From the NCBI GenBank assembly GCA_000092065.1, contig CP000586.1: a stretch of DNA of 64,000 nt; one strand, given 5' to 3'. Each line of letters starts with the position of its first letter. Within the stretch, counting starts at the first letter, position 1. This document shows, piece after piece, positions 1 to 9,162 of the stretch. The stretch is from Ostreococcus lucimarinus. Lineage: Eukaryota. The position numbers were made by a program, and so were the translations under genes. The notes beneath the pieces are model-generated. The model saw only the letters and a list, made by a program, of their open reading frames with translations. It was not told the DNA's origin and searched no databases.

Positions 1-1470
1 AAACGCCGCGCCGCACGCCGTGAGCGAATCGGCTTCATCTACCGCAGCAACAAGCGCCTTCAATTGTGCCATCGCCTCAAGAAGCTGCGCAACAAACTTG
101 GTCGGACACGCAAGCGCAAGCGCGCGTAGCGCCAATGCGGCTTCGGCTTGAACGTTGCGGTCACCATGCGAGAGTGCTTTCACGATTGACTGCAAAGTTG
201 GCGCCCAAAGTTCGTCATCCACGCTCCCGATGACTTCAATAGCATCCTTCGCGGTGCGCGCGGCTATCAGTAATCGACAAGCGTCAGTTGATGACAACGC
301 TTCGATAGATGTCGCAAGAGTCGAACGAAGACTCGCTTCGTCTGCTTTTGCCAAGCATCCAACCCGAATAATGTAAATAGCGCACGCGCAGGCGTGTGGA
401 TCGTCGTCCAGCGCATGCGAAAGCAGCGTCTTCACTGTGAATCCAACGACTTCGTGATGATCAGTGATACCGCCGCGCACGGATCTATTTATGAATGAAA
501 TCCACGCGCGCGAAACACCGAGACACACGCGCTGATTCATCAAAGAACGCTCACGGCATGCGTTCATGAATGGGCCGTACAGAAACGTGCTCACCGCTCT
601 CGCAAAGCGCGGTTCGCCAGAACTATCCTCGTTGTTCATTCGATCTTCGACCGAAACAGTCGCGCAAGCTAGAATCACGCTAGCGAGCGCGCCTGAAGCC
701 GCATCTCGCACGCGCGCGCTATCGTCTTTCAGCGCGTGTAAGATTCGATCGACGACACCCGTGATGTCCAAATCGCTCGCGGATACAACGCCTTTTTCCT
801 TGGACGCCGCCCACGCCAGCGCAAGAGCACCGATCGCGTCTACGAATGCCGCACGCACGCCCTTTGATCTATCGTGCTCCGACCGCACGAGCGTTTTATA
901 CACCGCGGCGATACCTTTCCCGTCTAGCCCGCCCGCCGACTTCTCGCACGTCGCCGCAAGAAATCGCAACGCCGCGCGTCGACATCGCGCGTCATCATTC
1001 GGTCTCACACTCGCGCATGCCGCCCGTGCGTACGCCGACGCATTCCCAGACAATTTATCCCCAAACTTCTCGCCCAGTCGCATCAGCGCCTTAAACGCCG
1101 ACGCTTTTGCGAACGCCGTCGATTTCGAAGTCGTCGCCGCGTCCAACAGCTCGTTCGCCCGAGAATACAACGACCCACCATCCGTCGCCTCGTACAGCGC
1201 CCCAAGCGTCATCGACGCCCGCGTCGCCGACATCTCACCCTCTGGTCGCACCACGCACGCAACCAGCGCGTCCTCGGTCGCGCGAAGCGCGCGCACGGCG
1301 TCGTTTTTATCGCGCGCGTGCTCGATGAGTCCAGCCATCGCGTCAAACCTTTCGCGCGATTTCGCCGACGCCGACGTCGAAGTCGACGTTTGCGCGACAC
1401 CGCGTGCGAGGGCATGAGCGATGGCGTCGAGACCGTCCGCGAGCGCCGTCGGCGCGCTCGGCGTCGACAT
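1..1470 (-). CDS. HEAT/ARM-repeat protein, 5' part only (gene continues beyond the left edge of the window)
   Basis: Hand translation of the minus strand from the ATG at 1470 gives MSTPSAPTALADGLDAIAHALARGVAQ...MAGLIEHARDKNDAVRALRATEDALVAC...VDRILHALKDDSARVRDAASGALASVI... It is stop-free down to base 1, with an in-frame stop immediately upstream of the ATG. Composition is diverse (K, D, E, I, F, Y) and HEAT-like LxxLLxDxxxxVRxxAxxAL periodicity is visible, unlike the S/A/R-rich antisense ORF 566..1417. It is missing from the ORF track because no stop falls inside the window. Confidence 0.45.
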   Translation of the reverse strand, partial: MSTPSAPTALADGLDAIAHALARGVAQTSTSTSASAKSRERFDAMAGLIEHARDKNDAVRALRATEDALVACVVRPEGEMSATRASMTLGALYEATDGGSLYSRANELLDAATTSKSTAFAKASAFKALMRLGEKFGDKLSGNASAYARAACASVRPNDDARCRRAALRFLAATCEKSAGGLDGKGIAAVYKTLVRSEHDRSKGVRAAFVDAIGALALAWAASKEKGVVSASDLDITGVVDRILHALKDDSARVRDAASGALASVILACATVSVEDRMNNEDSSGEPRFARAVSTFLYGPFMNACRERSLMNQRVCLGVSRAWISFINRSVRGGITDHHEVVGFTVKTLLSHALDDDPHACACAIYIIRVGCLAKADEASLRSTLATSIEALSSTDACRLLIAARTAKDAIEVIGSVDDELWAPTLQSIVKALSHGDRNVQAEAALALRALALACPTKFVAQLLEAMAQLKALVAAVDEADSLTACGAAF

Positions 1471-1623
1471 CGCTCAGCAATGCGGGTTCGACCCGAGCGT
1501 GTGGCGGTTGTGTCGATATTCGCCGGATGGACGGCATAATTCGACCCGCGTCGTCGAGGAGAGGACGAGGCGCGAGCCCAGACGCGCAAAGACGCTCGAT
1601 AAAAATACACACACTGCACCGCG

Positions 1624-2247
1624 ATGGCCACGCGACAGACCTACGTCATCGTCGTCAACTCTGACATACCGGGGAGCGGGCTGCAGGAAATTCTTGGGCT
1701 GCTCTGCAATCACAACAAACACCTGGAAAGCGTCGGTAACTCGGTGGATGCGTCGCCGTTCATCGACGTGAAGACTGCGTTCATCTCTAAGAAGCTCTCT
1801 GGCACGCACTCGTGGTGGGACGTCGATCGTAAGATGGATTGGAAGATTCACAACGTCGACGTCGTCGTTTGCACACAAGCAAGTCGCCGAGAAATGGGAG
1901 CAAAATGGCTGCATCACGCCGGGATGCGGTGGATTGCGGAACAAGATCTCGGGAAGACCGTTGATGTCGTAAGTCGAGTATTCGCGAAAATTCAGGACAT
2001 CGACATCGACTCGGAAGCGTACCTCGATGTGTCTGGCGGCGCTCGCGACGACGCGTTCGCGGTTCGAGAGATCTTTCGAAGAACCGAACACTGTCGCGGT
2101 CACTGGCTGAACGCGGATGAGGTTCAGGACGTTTCGACTCCAGATAAAAAGAAGGCCAACACGACGACAAAACGGACGAAAAGTCGAGAAGAGCGAGAAT
2201 CGTTGCGACCGTCGTTTCGACCGAGTTTCCAGCCATCGTTTCGATGA
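1624..2247 (+). CDS. hypothetical protein, 207 aa (non-low-complexity; possibly an alpha/beta-fold enzyme)
   Basis: ORF starting at an ATG. The translation MATRQTYVIVVNSDIPGSGLQEILGLL...WWDVDRKMDWKIHNVDVVVCTQ has balanced composition. The C-terminus is K/R/S-rich. No family recognised. Confidence 0.4.
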   Translation: MATRQTYVIVVNSDIPGSGLQEILGLLCNHNKHLESVGNSVDASPFIDVKTAFISKKLSGTHSWWDVDRKMDWKIHNVDVVVCTQASRREMGAKWLHHAGMRWIAEQDLGKTVDVVSRVFAKIQDIDIDSEAYLDVSGGARDDAFAVREIFRRTEHCRGHWLNADEVQDVSTPDKKKANTTTKRTKSREERESLRPSFRPSFQPSFR

Positions 2248-2331
2248 ATCTTTCGTACGACTTTTGTTTTTCCTACAACTCTGTTTGGCTAATCATCATG
2301 GTACATTTCATCTACGTTGTCGTTACTGTGT

Positions 2332-4146
2332 CTACATGCCTCCCATCATTTGTTCTTCGTGCGCGCGAAGCAAGCGAACGACCTCCATCTCTTCGCTCGT
2401 TCTGAACATGTAATCAAGCTCTTCATCGTCGATAGCTTCAATCGCCAACGCATCCTCTCGTTCGATGCGTTCGGCGTCGGTTTCATTGAGAAGAGGATCA
2501 ATGCTCCGCTCAGCCATAGCCTTGGAGAAGATCTCACCCGCTTCGAAGACGCTCTCGCGAGTTTCTGGAGCCAGGGGTTTCATTTCAGTCGAGAGTAAGC
2601 GTTCCGGAACGCCCGCAAGCAGTAAGCCGTGCAGCATAACTTCCTGCCAGCCCAAGTCCTTGTCTTCCGGAAGACCGAAAGGTAAGTTCGGCTCTTCCGT
2701 AACCTTGGAGAACTTTATCACTGGCTTTTTGTCCTCAATCTTGTCGGGCACGTACTTCGGACGGCGAACGCCGCCGCGCGAGATCGTTCGCTTGCGCTTA
2801 GGCGCCACTTTCAACGGCTCAGCCAAAATGATCGGACCGGACATCGAAGAGGTGTTGCTTTCGAAAGGTGCGGACTCCGACTTGAGCTCTTCTTTCACTT
2901 CGTCGTCGTCGTCGTCCACAGATGCTTCGGGCGGAGGCATGATGCGGGCGGCGCCGAGATGCGTCGCTGCCGAGTGCTGACGCACTTTGGAAATGCTATC
3001 GAGCACTTTCGAACGCTCCTCGTACGCGGCTCGAAACGCAGGAGGGAGGCCGTCGACCACACTCGCCGGAGGCGCGATGTCCAACGTGGTCTTTTCCTTG
3101 CTGTTCTCTGCGGTGGCGATGAACCTAAAAGCGATGGGCAAGTAATCATCGAGTCGTTTCATGCACATGTCCTCCCCCCAAGGAAATTTTTGTGAAAATG
3201 TGATGATCTCCCCCAAAAGCTCCTTCAGACGCTTTCGCACTGACACACTTTGTACGCGCGAAGCCTGCGCTGCGCGCTCGACGGTTACCTTGACGCCGTG
3301 CAAGCGCGCGACGACGATGACGACGGCGGCGACGATGACGATTGGATCGCGGCCAATTAATAAACCACGAGAAAACGCAAACTTCAACAAAACCTTGGCG
3401 TCTCGCACCGTCGGAGCAATCATCACGCTCCGCGTCGTGCTCCCACGCTGCGGCTGCACGGTGGAGTTTTTGTTTGAAATCGCCGCGAGCTCTGGCAGCG
3501 CCGCCACCGCGCGCGCGACGTAATTCTCCGGATCTAACGGCGGCATCTTCAACCCGTGCAGCTCTTGCAGTTTATGAAACACCCGCCCAAGCGTGAACAC
3601 GTTCACCGAGCACGCCTCCGCCACCTCTCGCATGCTCACCGGCAAATTATTCTGTCTACACACCGAGTACACGCACGCTCCCGTCAACTGGCTCGTCCAC
3701 AACCCCTGTCCCCATTTCCCATCCGACGCTCGCGTCACCAGATCCTTCACCTCGGCGATGATATCCTTGTTCAACTTCAACAGCGCCCCCGTGTGTTCGA
3801 CCGATTTCGCGATGTGATACAAGTTCGTCGACTCGCGGTCTCGAAACATGTTTCTCGTCACGTGCGACGCCCCCGGCATGCTCACCATCTGCGCTCGCGC
3901 CGCCGCCAAGTGCGCGCCGACGTGCGCGCCATCCTGTAAGAACGTCCCATCCGCCGCGCCATCCTCCGTCCAATTCAGCGTCGTCTGCAGCACGCTCGCG
4001 TTATAGACGACGCCGCACGCTTGACAAATTTCGCTCCCGAGCGCGGGCTCGAGTTTGATTTCGTGTTTCCCGCAGTTCGGGCACGCGGGCACGCGCGCGG
4101 CGCCGGGATCATCCGCGGCGTACTCTCCGTGATGCGCCAGATCCAT
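2332..4146 (-). CDS. BRF1: TFIIIB subunit BRF1 (TFIIB-related factor): N-terminal zinc ribbon, two cyclin folds, acidic or Brf1-homology C-terminus
   Basis: CPNCGKHEIKLEPALGSEICQACGVV is a TFIIB-type Zn ribbon. It is followed by cyclin-like repeats (LTGACVYSVCRQNNLPVSMREVAEA...VTVERAAQASRVQSV) and a long acidic tail. The ORF-track start at 4203 is a TTG. The first ATG (MDLAHHGEY) is at 4146. Confidence 0.8.
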   Translation of the reverse strand: MDLAHHGEYAADDPGAARVPACPNCGKHEIKLEPALGSEICQACGVVYNASVLQTTLNWTEDGAADGTFLQDGAHVGAHLAAARAQMVSMPGASHVTRNMFRDRESTNLYHIAKSVEHTGALLKLNKDIIAEVKDLVTRASDGKWGQGLWTSQLTGACVYSVCRQNNLPVSMREVAEACSVNVFTLGRVFHKLQELHGLKMPPLDPENYVARAVAALPELAAISNKNSTVQPQRGSTTRSVMIAPTVRDAKVLLKFAFSRGLLIGRDPIVIVAAVVIVVARLHGVKVTVERAAQASRVQSVSVRKRLKELLGEIITFSQKFPWGEDMCMKRLDDYLPIAFRFIATAENSKEKTTLDIAPPASVVDGLPPAFRAAYEERSKVLDSISKVRQHSAATHLGAARIMPPPEASVDDDDDEVKEELKSESAPFESNTSSMSGPIILAEPLKVAPKRKRTISRGGVRRPKYVPDKIEDKKPVIKFSKVTEEPNLPFGLPEDKDLGWQEVMLHGLLLAGVPERLLSTEMKPLAPETRESVFEAGEIFSKAMAERSIDPLLNETDAERIEREDALAIEAIDDEELDYMFRTSEEMEVVRLLRAHEEQMMGGM

Positions 4147-4420
4147 CGTCGCGGTCGCCGGCGCGTCGTCGCTCGAGCGCGCGCGTGTGACGCGCAATCG
4201 CAATCATTTCGACGCGACAAACGGACAAACGGGCACGTATGCGCAAACAGTGTGACGCGACCGCACACGCGACCGCACGCGCGCGCGCGCGTCGAGCCGC
4301 CCGCGCGCGTCGCGCGCGCGCGTCGCGACGACGCGCGTCGCGCTCGACGCGCGCGCGGCGACGCGCGCGCCCTCGCGGCGTCGGTCGCGGCGTCGGGACG
4401 CGACGGTTGGAAAAAGACGC

Positions 4421-5659
4421 ATGGCGACGCGCGACGACGCGAGCGCGACGTCGGTGTGGGAGGAAATCACCGCCATGGCGAGCGAAGACGGCGTCGTGGA
4501 TCTCGGTCAGGGATGGCCGGATTTCGGCGCGTCGATCGCCGCGCGCGAGGGCGCGGCGAGGGCGATGCTGGGGGACGGCGTCAGGGCGAATCAGTACGCG
4601 CCGGTTCGCGGCGACGCGCGAATGGTCGCGGCGTTGATTCGGTATTACGCCGCGACGGGATTCGATGTTGGACGGTGTGAGCGCGGAACGGTGGCGCGCG
4701 AGGAGTGCGTGGTGGTGACGGCGAGCGCGACGGAGGCGATTTACGGCGCGTTCCAAGCGGCGACGCGCGGTGGCGGCGACGGGACGTCGAGACGGGAAAT
4801 CGTCTTCGTGGAGCCGTTCTTTCCGTGGTATAAGGCCATCGCGGACGATGTAGGGGCAGTTTCTGTGGTCGTTCGCGCGCGCGCGGAAGATGGGTTTCGC
4901 GTCGACGTCGACGCCGTGCGCGCGGCGTGTTCGCGCGATCGAACGGCGTTGCTCGTCATGTGCTCTCCGCACAATCCCACCGGACACGTGATGACGCAGG
5001 ACGAGCTTTTGGGCATAGCGGCGCTGGCCGAGGACTTAGATTTGACCGTATTGAGCGACGAAGTGTACGAGCGGTCGGTGTTCGGCGGTCGCGCGTTCAC
5101 GCGCCTCGCCACCGTGGGCGACATGAGCGCGCGCACCGTCACGATTGGTTCGGCGAGCAAGCTTTTAAACTTGACGGGCTGGCGCGTCGGCTGGGCCGTG
5201 GGGCCGAAACGTCTCGTCGACCCAATCAAATCGGCGCACAGTTTGATGTCATACACCGCGCCGAACCCTCTACAGATTGGCGTCGCCGAGGCGCTCGAGG
5301 AGATTTCGCGAAGCGCCGACGGCGCCGTCTCCAGCGACGAAAACGCCGCCGTCATGTTCGAAAACGCCAACGCGCTCGAGCGCGCCCTCTCCGACGTCGG
5401 CCTCAGCTGTTTCTCTCCTCCGGGCGGATACTTCTTGGTCTGCGACGTCGGAAAAACCGGTTTTTCCGACATGGAATTTTGTCGAGAGCTCGCCGCTCGC
5501 GCCAAGGTGTGCGCCGTCCCCATGTCCGTCTTCTTCCTCCCCTCCCCGACCGGCGACGTCCCGCGCCATCTCGTTCGTTTCGCCATCTGCAAAGTCCCAT
5601 CCACCGTCCTCGAGGCGTGCGCGCGCATTCGCGAGCACGCGCCGTACGTAGCGCCGTAG
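4421..5659 (+). CDS. PLP-dependent class I/II aminotransferase, kynurenine or glutamine transaminase K-like
   Basis: Motifs: GQGWPDFG; NQYAPVRG; SPHNPTGHV; the PLP-lysine motif SASKLLNLTGWRVGWAVGP; and the C-terminal ARFAICK. 412 aa from a true ATG. Confidence 0.85.
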   Translation: MATRDDASATSVWEEITAMASEDGVVDLGQGWPDFGASIAAREGAARAMLGDGVRANQYAPVRGDARMVAALIRYYAATGFDVGRCERGTVAREECVVVTASATEAIYGAFQAATRGGGDGTSRREIVFVEPFFPWYKAIADDVGAVSVVVRARAEDGFRVDVDAVRAACSRDRTALLVMCSPHNPTGHVMTQDELLGIAALAEDLDLTVLSDEVYERSVFGGRAFTRLATVGDMSARTVTIGSASKLLNLTGWRVGWAVGPKRLVDPIKSAHSLMSYTAPNPLQIGVAEALEEISRSADGAVSSDENAAVMFENANALERALSDVGLSCFSPPGGYFLVCDVGKTGFSDMEFCRELAARAKVCAVPMSVFFLPSPTGDVPRHLVRFAICKVPSTVLEACARIREHAPYVAP

Positions 5660-5805
5660 TCGTGTATCGCACATTCGTTCTCGCGTCCGAGTCGAGTCGC
5701 GCCGCGCCGCCGCGAGAGAAACCCTCAATTTTTGTCGGGGCCACGTCATCGCGACGTCACGCGCTTCACCGACGTCACTCCTCGACGCGTTCGCCGTCGC
5801 TCGCG

Positions 5806-5882
5806 ATGTCGACGATCGCGCGCGCCGCGCACATCGCTCCTCCGCGCCCGTCGCTCGCGTCCTCGCGCCGCGCGCGCGTCGT

Positions 5883-5917
<35 letters not shown>

Positions 5918-6636
5918 GCGTCGCGCGTCGCGAACGCGACTCGCGCGACCGACTCGACGCGGCGACGAAAGGCGCGGCGACGCGCGACGAGACGCGCGCG
6001 ATGACGACGCCCGCGGCGGCGGTGAGCGCGCTGGCGCTGTTCCAGCTCGCGGACGGCGGCCTGGCCGAGGGCACGGCGAACTCGTACTACGCCACGCTGT
6101 TTCTGTTCGTGCTGAGCGCGCCGGGATTGTACTCGCTCGTCAAGCGGAGCGCCAAGTCGAAGATCACGCGGAAGACGTTCGAACTCGATGGACCGAAAGT
6201 GCCCGGAGCGGCGTCGCAGGATGAGATCGCGCGCGATGTGGGTGCGTTTTTTCGTAGAAACAACTACGTCGTCGCCGACGCCGGAGAGGTGATTACGTTT
6301 GAAGGTAACATCGCCCCAGAACGCGGCACGGCGGCGTACATCACGTTTTGCGTGTTGATTGGATTGTTGTGCATCGGACTGGTGTGTTCGATCGCGTTGC
6401 CGGGTGGGGATGCGTGGTACGCGTTGGCGCTCGCGTCGCCGCTCTCGGGACAATATTATCTCGACAACGCCGGGCGCAAGGAGCAAGTCAAGGTGAAGAT
6501 GGTCACCTCGGACGACGACACCACGGTGGATATCACGGTCGAAGGTGACGCCGAGGAGATCGAGCGCTTCAGACGGGAGTTGGATCTGACGCCCAAGGGT
6601 ATGGTTCGCGTGAAGGGCATCCTCGAGCAGGCGTAG
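5806..6636 (+). CDS. predicted plastid-targeted membrane protein (Ser/Arg-rich presequence, 2-3 TM helices); CCB1/DUF3007-like is a guess
   Basis: The in-frame ATG at 5806 ([38 protein letters not shown]...) follows a junk N-terminal extension in ORF 4927..6636. The mature part has hydrophobic helices (YATLFLFVLSAPGLY; AAYITFCVLIGLLCIGLVCSIAL) and a conserved-looking C-terminus (GQYYLDNAGRKEQVKVKM...). Confidence 0.5.
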
Positions 6637-6803
6637 GACGGCGCTCGCGTTCACCATCTCGCGCGTTCGTCGCGCAAACACGCACGCGCACGCGCGCGTG
6701 ACACCATGTTATTTCATTTAGCACGCACTCTACCTCTCGACCGATCAAGGCAAAGCGCGTCCTCCTCGTTCCCGCGCGTCTCGCGCGTCACTCGCCGACT
6801 CGC

Positions 6804-7298
6804 ATGGGCTTATCCTCGCTCACCGCGCTTCCATCGCGCGGCGCGTTCACCGCGAGCGAGCTGGTGCCGGTCGCGAGCGCGCCTCCGGCGAGAACGTACG
6901 TCGCCGGCATCGCGCGCGCGCCGTTGTCCGAGCACGCGCGCGTGAAAACGGACGGGACGAACATTTTAATCCGACAGCTCTCGCAATCTCGCGCGCGCGC
7001 CGAAGCGAAGAAACGCGCGCAGCGCGCGCAGGCGGCGGCGGAAGCGAAGAAACGGTCCGAGACGCTGGCGCTGGAGGCGAAGAAACGGGAAGAGAAGACG
7101 CGAGCGGCGTTGGAGGCGTCGACGGGAAGAGGCGGCGGCGGCGCGAAGGACTCGGCGAACGCGAAAGACGCGGCGACGACGACGACGACGGTGGAAGCTG
7201 CGGTGAATCCGTTCAGTAGGAAACGACCGGCGAAGGAGAGCGGGAAGGAAAGCGCGGAGGGCGCAGCGCGAGGGTCGAAACGCGGGAAGGGTCGATAA
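6804..7298 (+). CDS. hypothetical Lys/Ala/Glu-rich small protein (predicted coiled coil), 164 aa
   Basis: ORF starting at an ATG. It has AEAKKRAQRAQAAAEAKKRSETLALEAKKREEK repeats and a basic C-terminus (NPFSRKRPAKE). Possibly nucleolar or ribosome-biogenesis-like. Weak. Confidence 0.3.
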   Translation: MGLSSLTALPSRGAFTASELVPVASAPPARTYVAGIARAPLSEHARVKTDGTNILIRQLSQSRARAEAKKRAQRAQAAAEAKKRSETLALEAKKREEKTRAALEASTGRGGGGAKDSANAKDAATTTTTVEAAVNPFSRKRPAKESGKESAEGAARGSKRGKGR

Positions 7299-7344
7299 CG
7301 GTAAAATTCGTTGCCCGCGTTTCGTTTCGAATCGCGTGATATCG

Positions 7345-7965
7345 ATGCCGCTCCGAGATGGGACTATGACCGCAGACGAGTTCGAACGAGGCGTTCGAAA
7401 CGCGTTGGGTGATTCAAACGCGATCGTCGACGGGTGTTGGATCGTGGAGACGAAGGCGATGGTGTCGGCGTCGACGGCGCGTGGGTACGGAGAACTCGCA
7501 AGCGAAGCTCGGAGTGAACGATGGGAGCCTCGCGACGTCGACGACGCCCTCGAAATCGAAGACAACGAGGAGGATGAGGACTGTGCTACCCATGTATCCC
7601 GAAATGGTCACGTGCGAGAGTATCGCGTCGTGTACTCGGCGACGTTCCGCGTTCCCGTGTTGTGCGTTCGAGCGCGCGACGCGGCGACTCGCGCGCCGTG
7701 GAGCACTTCGAGATTACTTCAATCTCTTACAATAGATCACTCATGCGTGGGTGCAGATGACCATGACCCCGTATTGACGCCCTATTCGAATCCGCACGAG
7801 CCCGGTGGAGGTGACTGGGCGTGCGTGCACCCTTGCGCGACGGCTGAGGTTATGAAACTCTTGCTTCGCGATTCCAACCTTCCGCTCACGCCGAGAGCGT
7901 ACGTAGACGCCTGGCTTCGTTACGTCGCGCGAGAAGTCACGTTGCGACTAAACGACGCAGACTGA
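7345..7965 (+). CDS. ATG10: autophagy E2-like enzyme ATG10
   Basis: Colinear matches to ATG10. MTADEFERG matches the human N-terminus MEEDEFIGE. REYRVVYSATFRVPVLCVRA matches YEYHVLYSCSYQVPVLYFRAS. The catalytic-Cys motif WACVHPCATAEVMKLL matches FFVLHPCKTNEFMTPVL. The ORF-track start at 7336 is a GTG. In-frame ATGs are at 7345 and 7366. Confidence 0.7.
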   Translation: MPLRDGTMTADEFERGVRNALGDSNAIVDGCWIVETKAMVSASTARGYGELASEARSERWEPRDVDDALEIEDNEEDEDCATHVSRNGHVREYRVVYSATFRVPVLCVRARDAATRAPWSTSRLLQSLTIDHSCVGADDHDPVLTPYSNPHEPGGGDWACVHPCATAEVMKLLLRDSNLPLTPRAYVDAWLRYVAREVTLRLNDAD

Positions 7966-8077
7966 AAATCTCAGTCGCGCTTCGAAACAAAGATGTTGTA
8001 CAATAAATTTCATTTCAGCTATGGCGACGACTCGCGAGGCGCCGCTCGTTCTATTTCTATTATTATCTACGGCGCCG

Positions 8078-8692
8078 TCACGCGCGCGTGTCCGCCTCCA
8101 CGTTCTTCACCGGCACGCGATCCGCGATCAACCTCAACTCTTCCGGGTCCAAATTCGGCTGCGCCGAGAACAACCGCAACAGCATCTTCAACTCCTCCGC
8201 GTCTTCGCACGTCGACGCGCGCTTTACGATTTCCCGCTTCAACGCGCACTCGTCCTTGTGCATCCTCCACGCCTCTTCCAGCCCTAACACGCAATCCGCG
8301 ATCGACGGTTGCGGTCCACTCCGTTCCCCTCCCGCGCGTTTCGGCGGCGGTTTCAGATTTCTCGTCCGCGTCCACGCATCCGTCTTCGCGCGTTCGAGCT
8401 CGCGCGTCAGCGCGTCGAACCGCGCGCACTCCTCCCGCAACCGCGCGAACACCCGATCGAGCGCGGCGTACTGCGCCTCCACCACGCGCGACGCGAACGC
8501 ATCGTCGATCAGGATTTCGCTCCCATCCACCGCGCGCGCGCGCGCGGCGTCGTGAATCGCCGGCAGTCGCTCGAACGCGTTCACCGCCGTCCCGAGCAGC
8601 GCCACCGACGCGCCCTGCGCGTCGTCCCATCGCGCTCTGCAGCGCGCCAGCGCGCCGTAGGCGTCGCGGAACGCGTTCAGGAACGTCTCCAT
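8078..8692 (-). CDS. hypothetical helical protein, 204 aa
   Basis: ATG start. The translation METFLNAFRDAYGALARCRARWDD...ECALKREIVKRASTCEDAEELKMLLRLFSAQPNLDPEELRLIADRV has balanced composition. No family recognised. Confidence 0.4.
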   Translation of the reverse strand: METFLNAFRDAYGALARCRARWDDAQGASVALLGTAVNAFERLPAIHDAARARAVDGSEILIDDAFASRVVEAQYAALDRVFARLREECARFDALTRELERAKTDAWTRTRNLKPPPKRAGGERSGPQPSIADCVLGLEEAWRMHKDECALKREIVKRASTCEDAEELKMLLRLFSAQPNLDPEELRLIADRVPVKNVEADTRA

Positions 8693-8766
8693 CGATTCGC
8701 GCGCCGCCGCGAGCGGTCGCCGCGCGGCGCGCGCGCGAATGCCGTCACGCCGTCACAACGCACCGC

Positions 8767-9036
8767 ATGGCGACGACGGCGACGCGCCCGCGCGCGCTCG
8801 AGCTCTACCGCGCCCTGCTGCGATGCGGGCGGTCGTTTAACGACTACAACGTGCGCGAGTACGTCAAGCGACGCGCGACGGAGTCGTTCCGCGCGAACGC
8901 GGCGCTCGCGGACGTCGACGCGATCGAGTCGGCGCTCGAGGAGGGCGCGCGCGAGCTCGACGTCGCGCGTCGGCAGGCGACGGTGTACGCGCTGTACGGG
9001 GGGGCGAGGAAACCGAGCTCGATGGACGTGCGGTGA
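8767..9036 (+). CDS. LYR-motif (Complex1_LYR) family protein, 89 aa (ISD11/LYRM-like)
   Basis: MATTATRPRALELYRALLRCGRSFNDYNVREYVKRRATESFRAN shows the L-Y-R tripeptide plus the downstream basic/F signature of LYR proteins. It is in frame inside the junk ORF 7993..9036. Confidence 0.6.
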   Translation: MATTATRPRALELYRALLRCGRSFNDYNVREYVKRRATESFRANAALADVDAIESALEEGARELDVARRQATVYALYGGARKPSSMDVR

Positions 9037-9162
9037 GTCGCGGCGAGGCGGCGCGCGGGGAGGTTAGCGTTTGAATTAGATTGATTTAGAAGAGCGAGGG
9101 GGCCAGCAAAGTTGTCATAGTAATTACACGGTTACACGTACTCGTATCGCGCGCGCGCGTCG

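Noticed and set aside
566-1417. 283-aa plus-strand ORF, and other ORFs at 155..1664
   Set aside because: The translation is Ser/Ala/Arg-rich low complexity. It is antisense to a much more protein-like HEAT-repeat frame on the minus strand.
4927-5805. N-terminal 293 codons of the 569-aa ORF 4927..6636, overlapping the aminotransferase gene
   Set aside because: It is out of frame with and overlapping the well-supported aminotransferase CDS. The translation is RRRR-rich junk. The real gene begins at the in-frame ATG at 5806.
9070-9086. Shared TAGATTGATT motif in the convergent 3' regions at 9076 and 31042
   Set aside because: There are only two occurrences, in AT-richer 3' UTRs. It could be a poly(A)-proximal element but is too short and too few to call.
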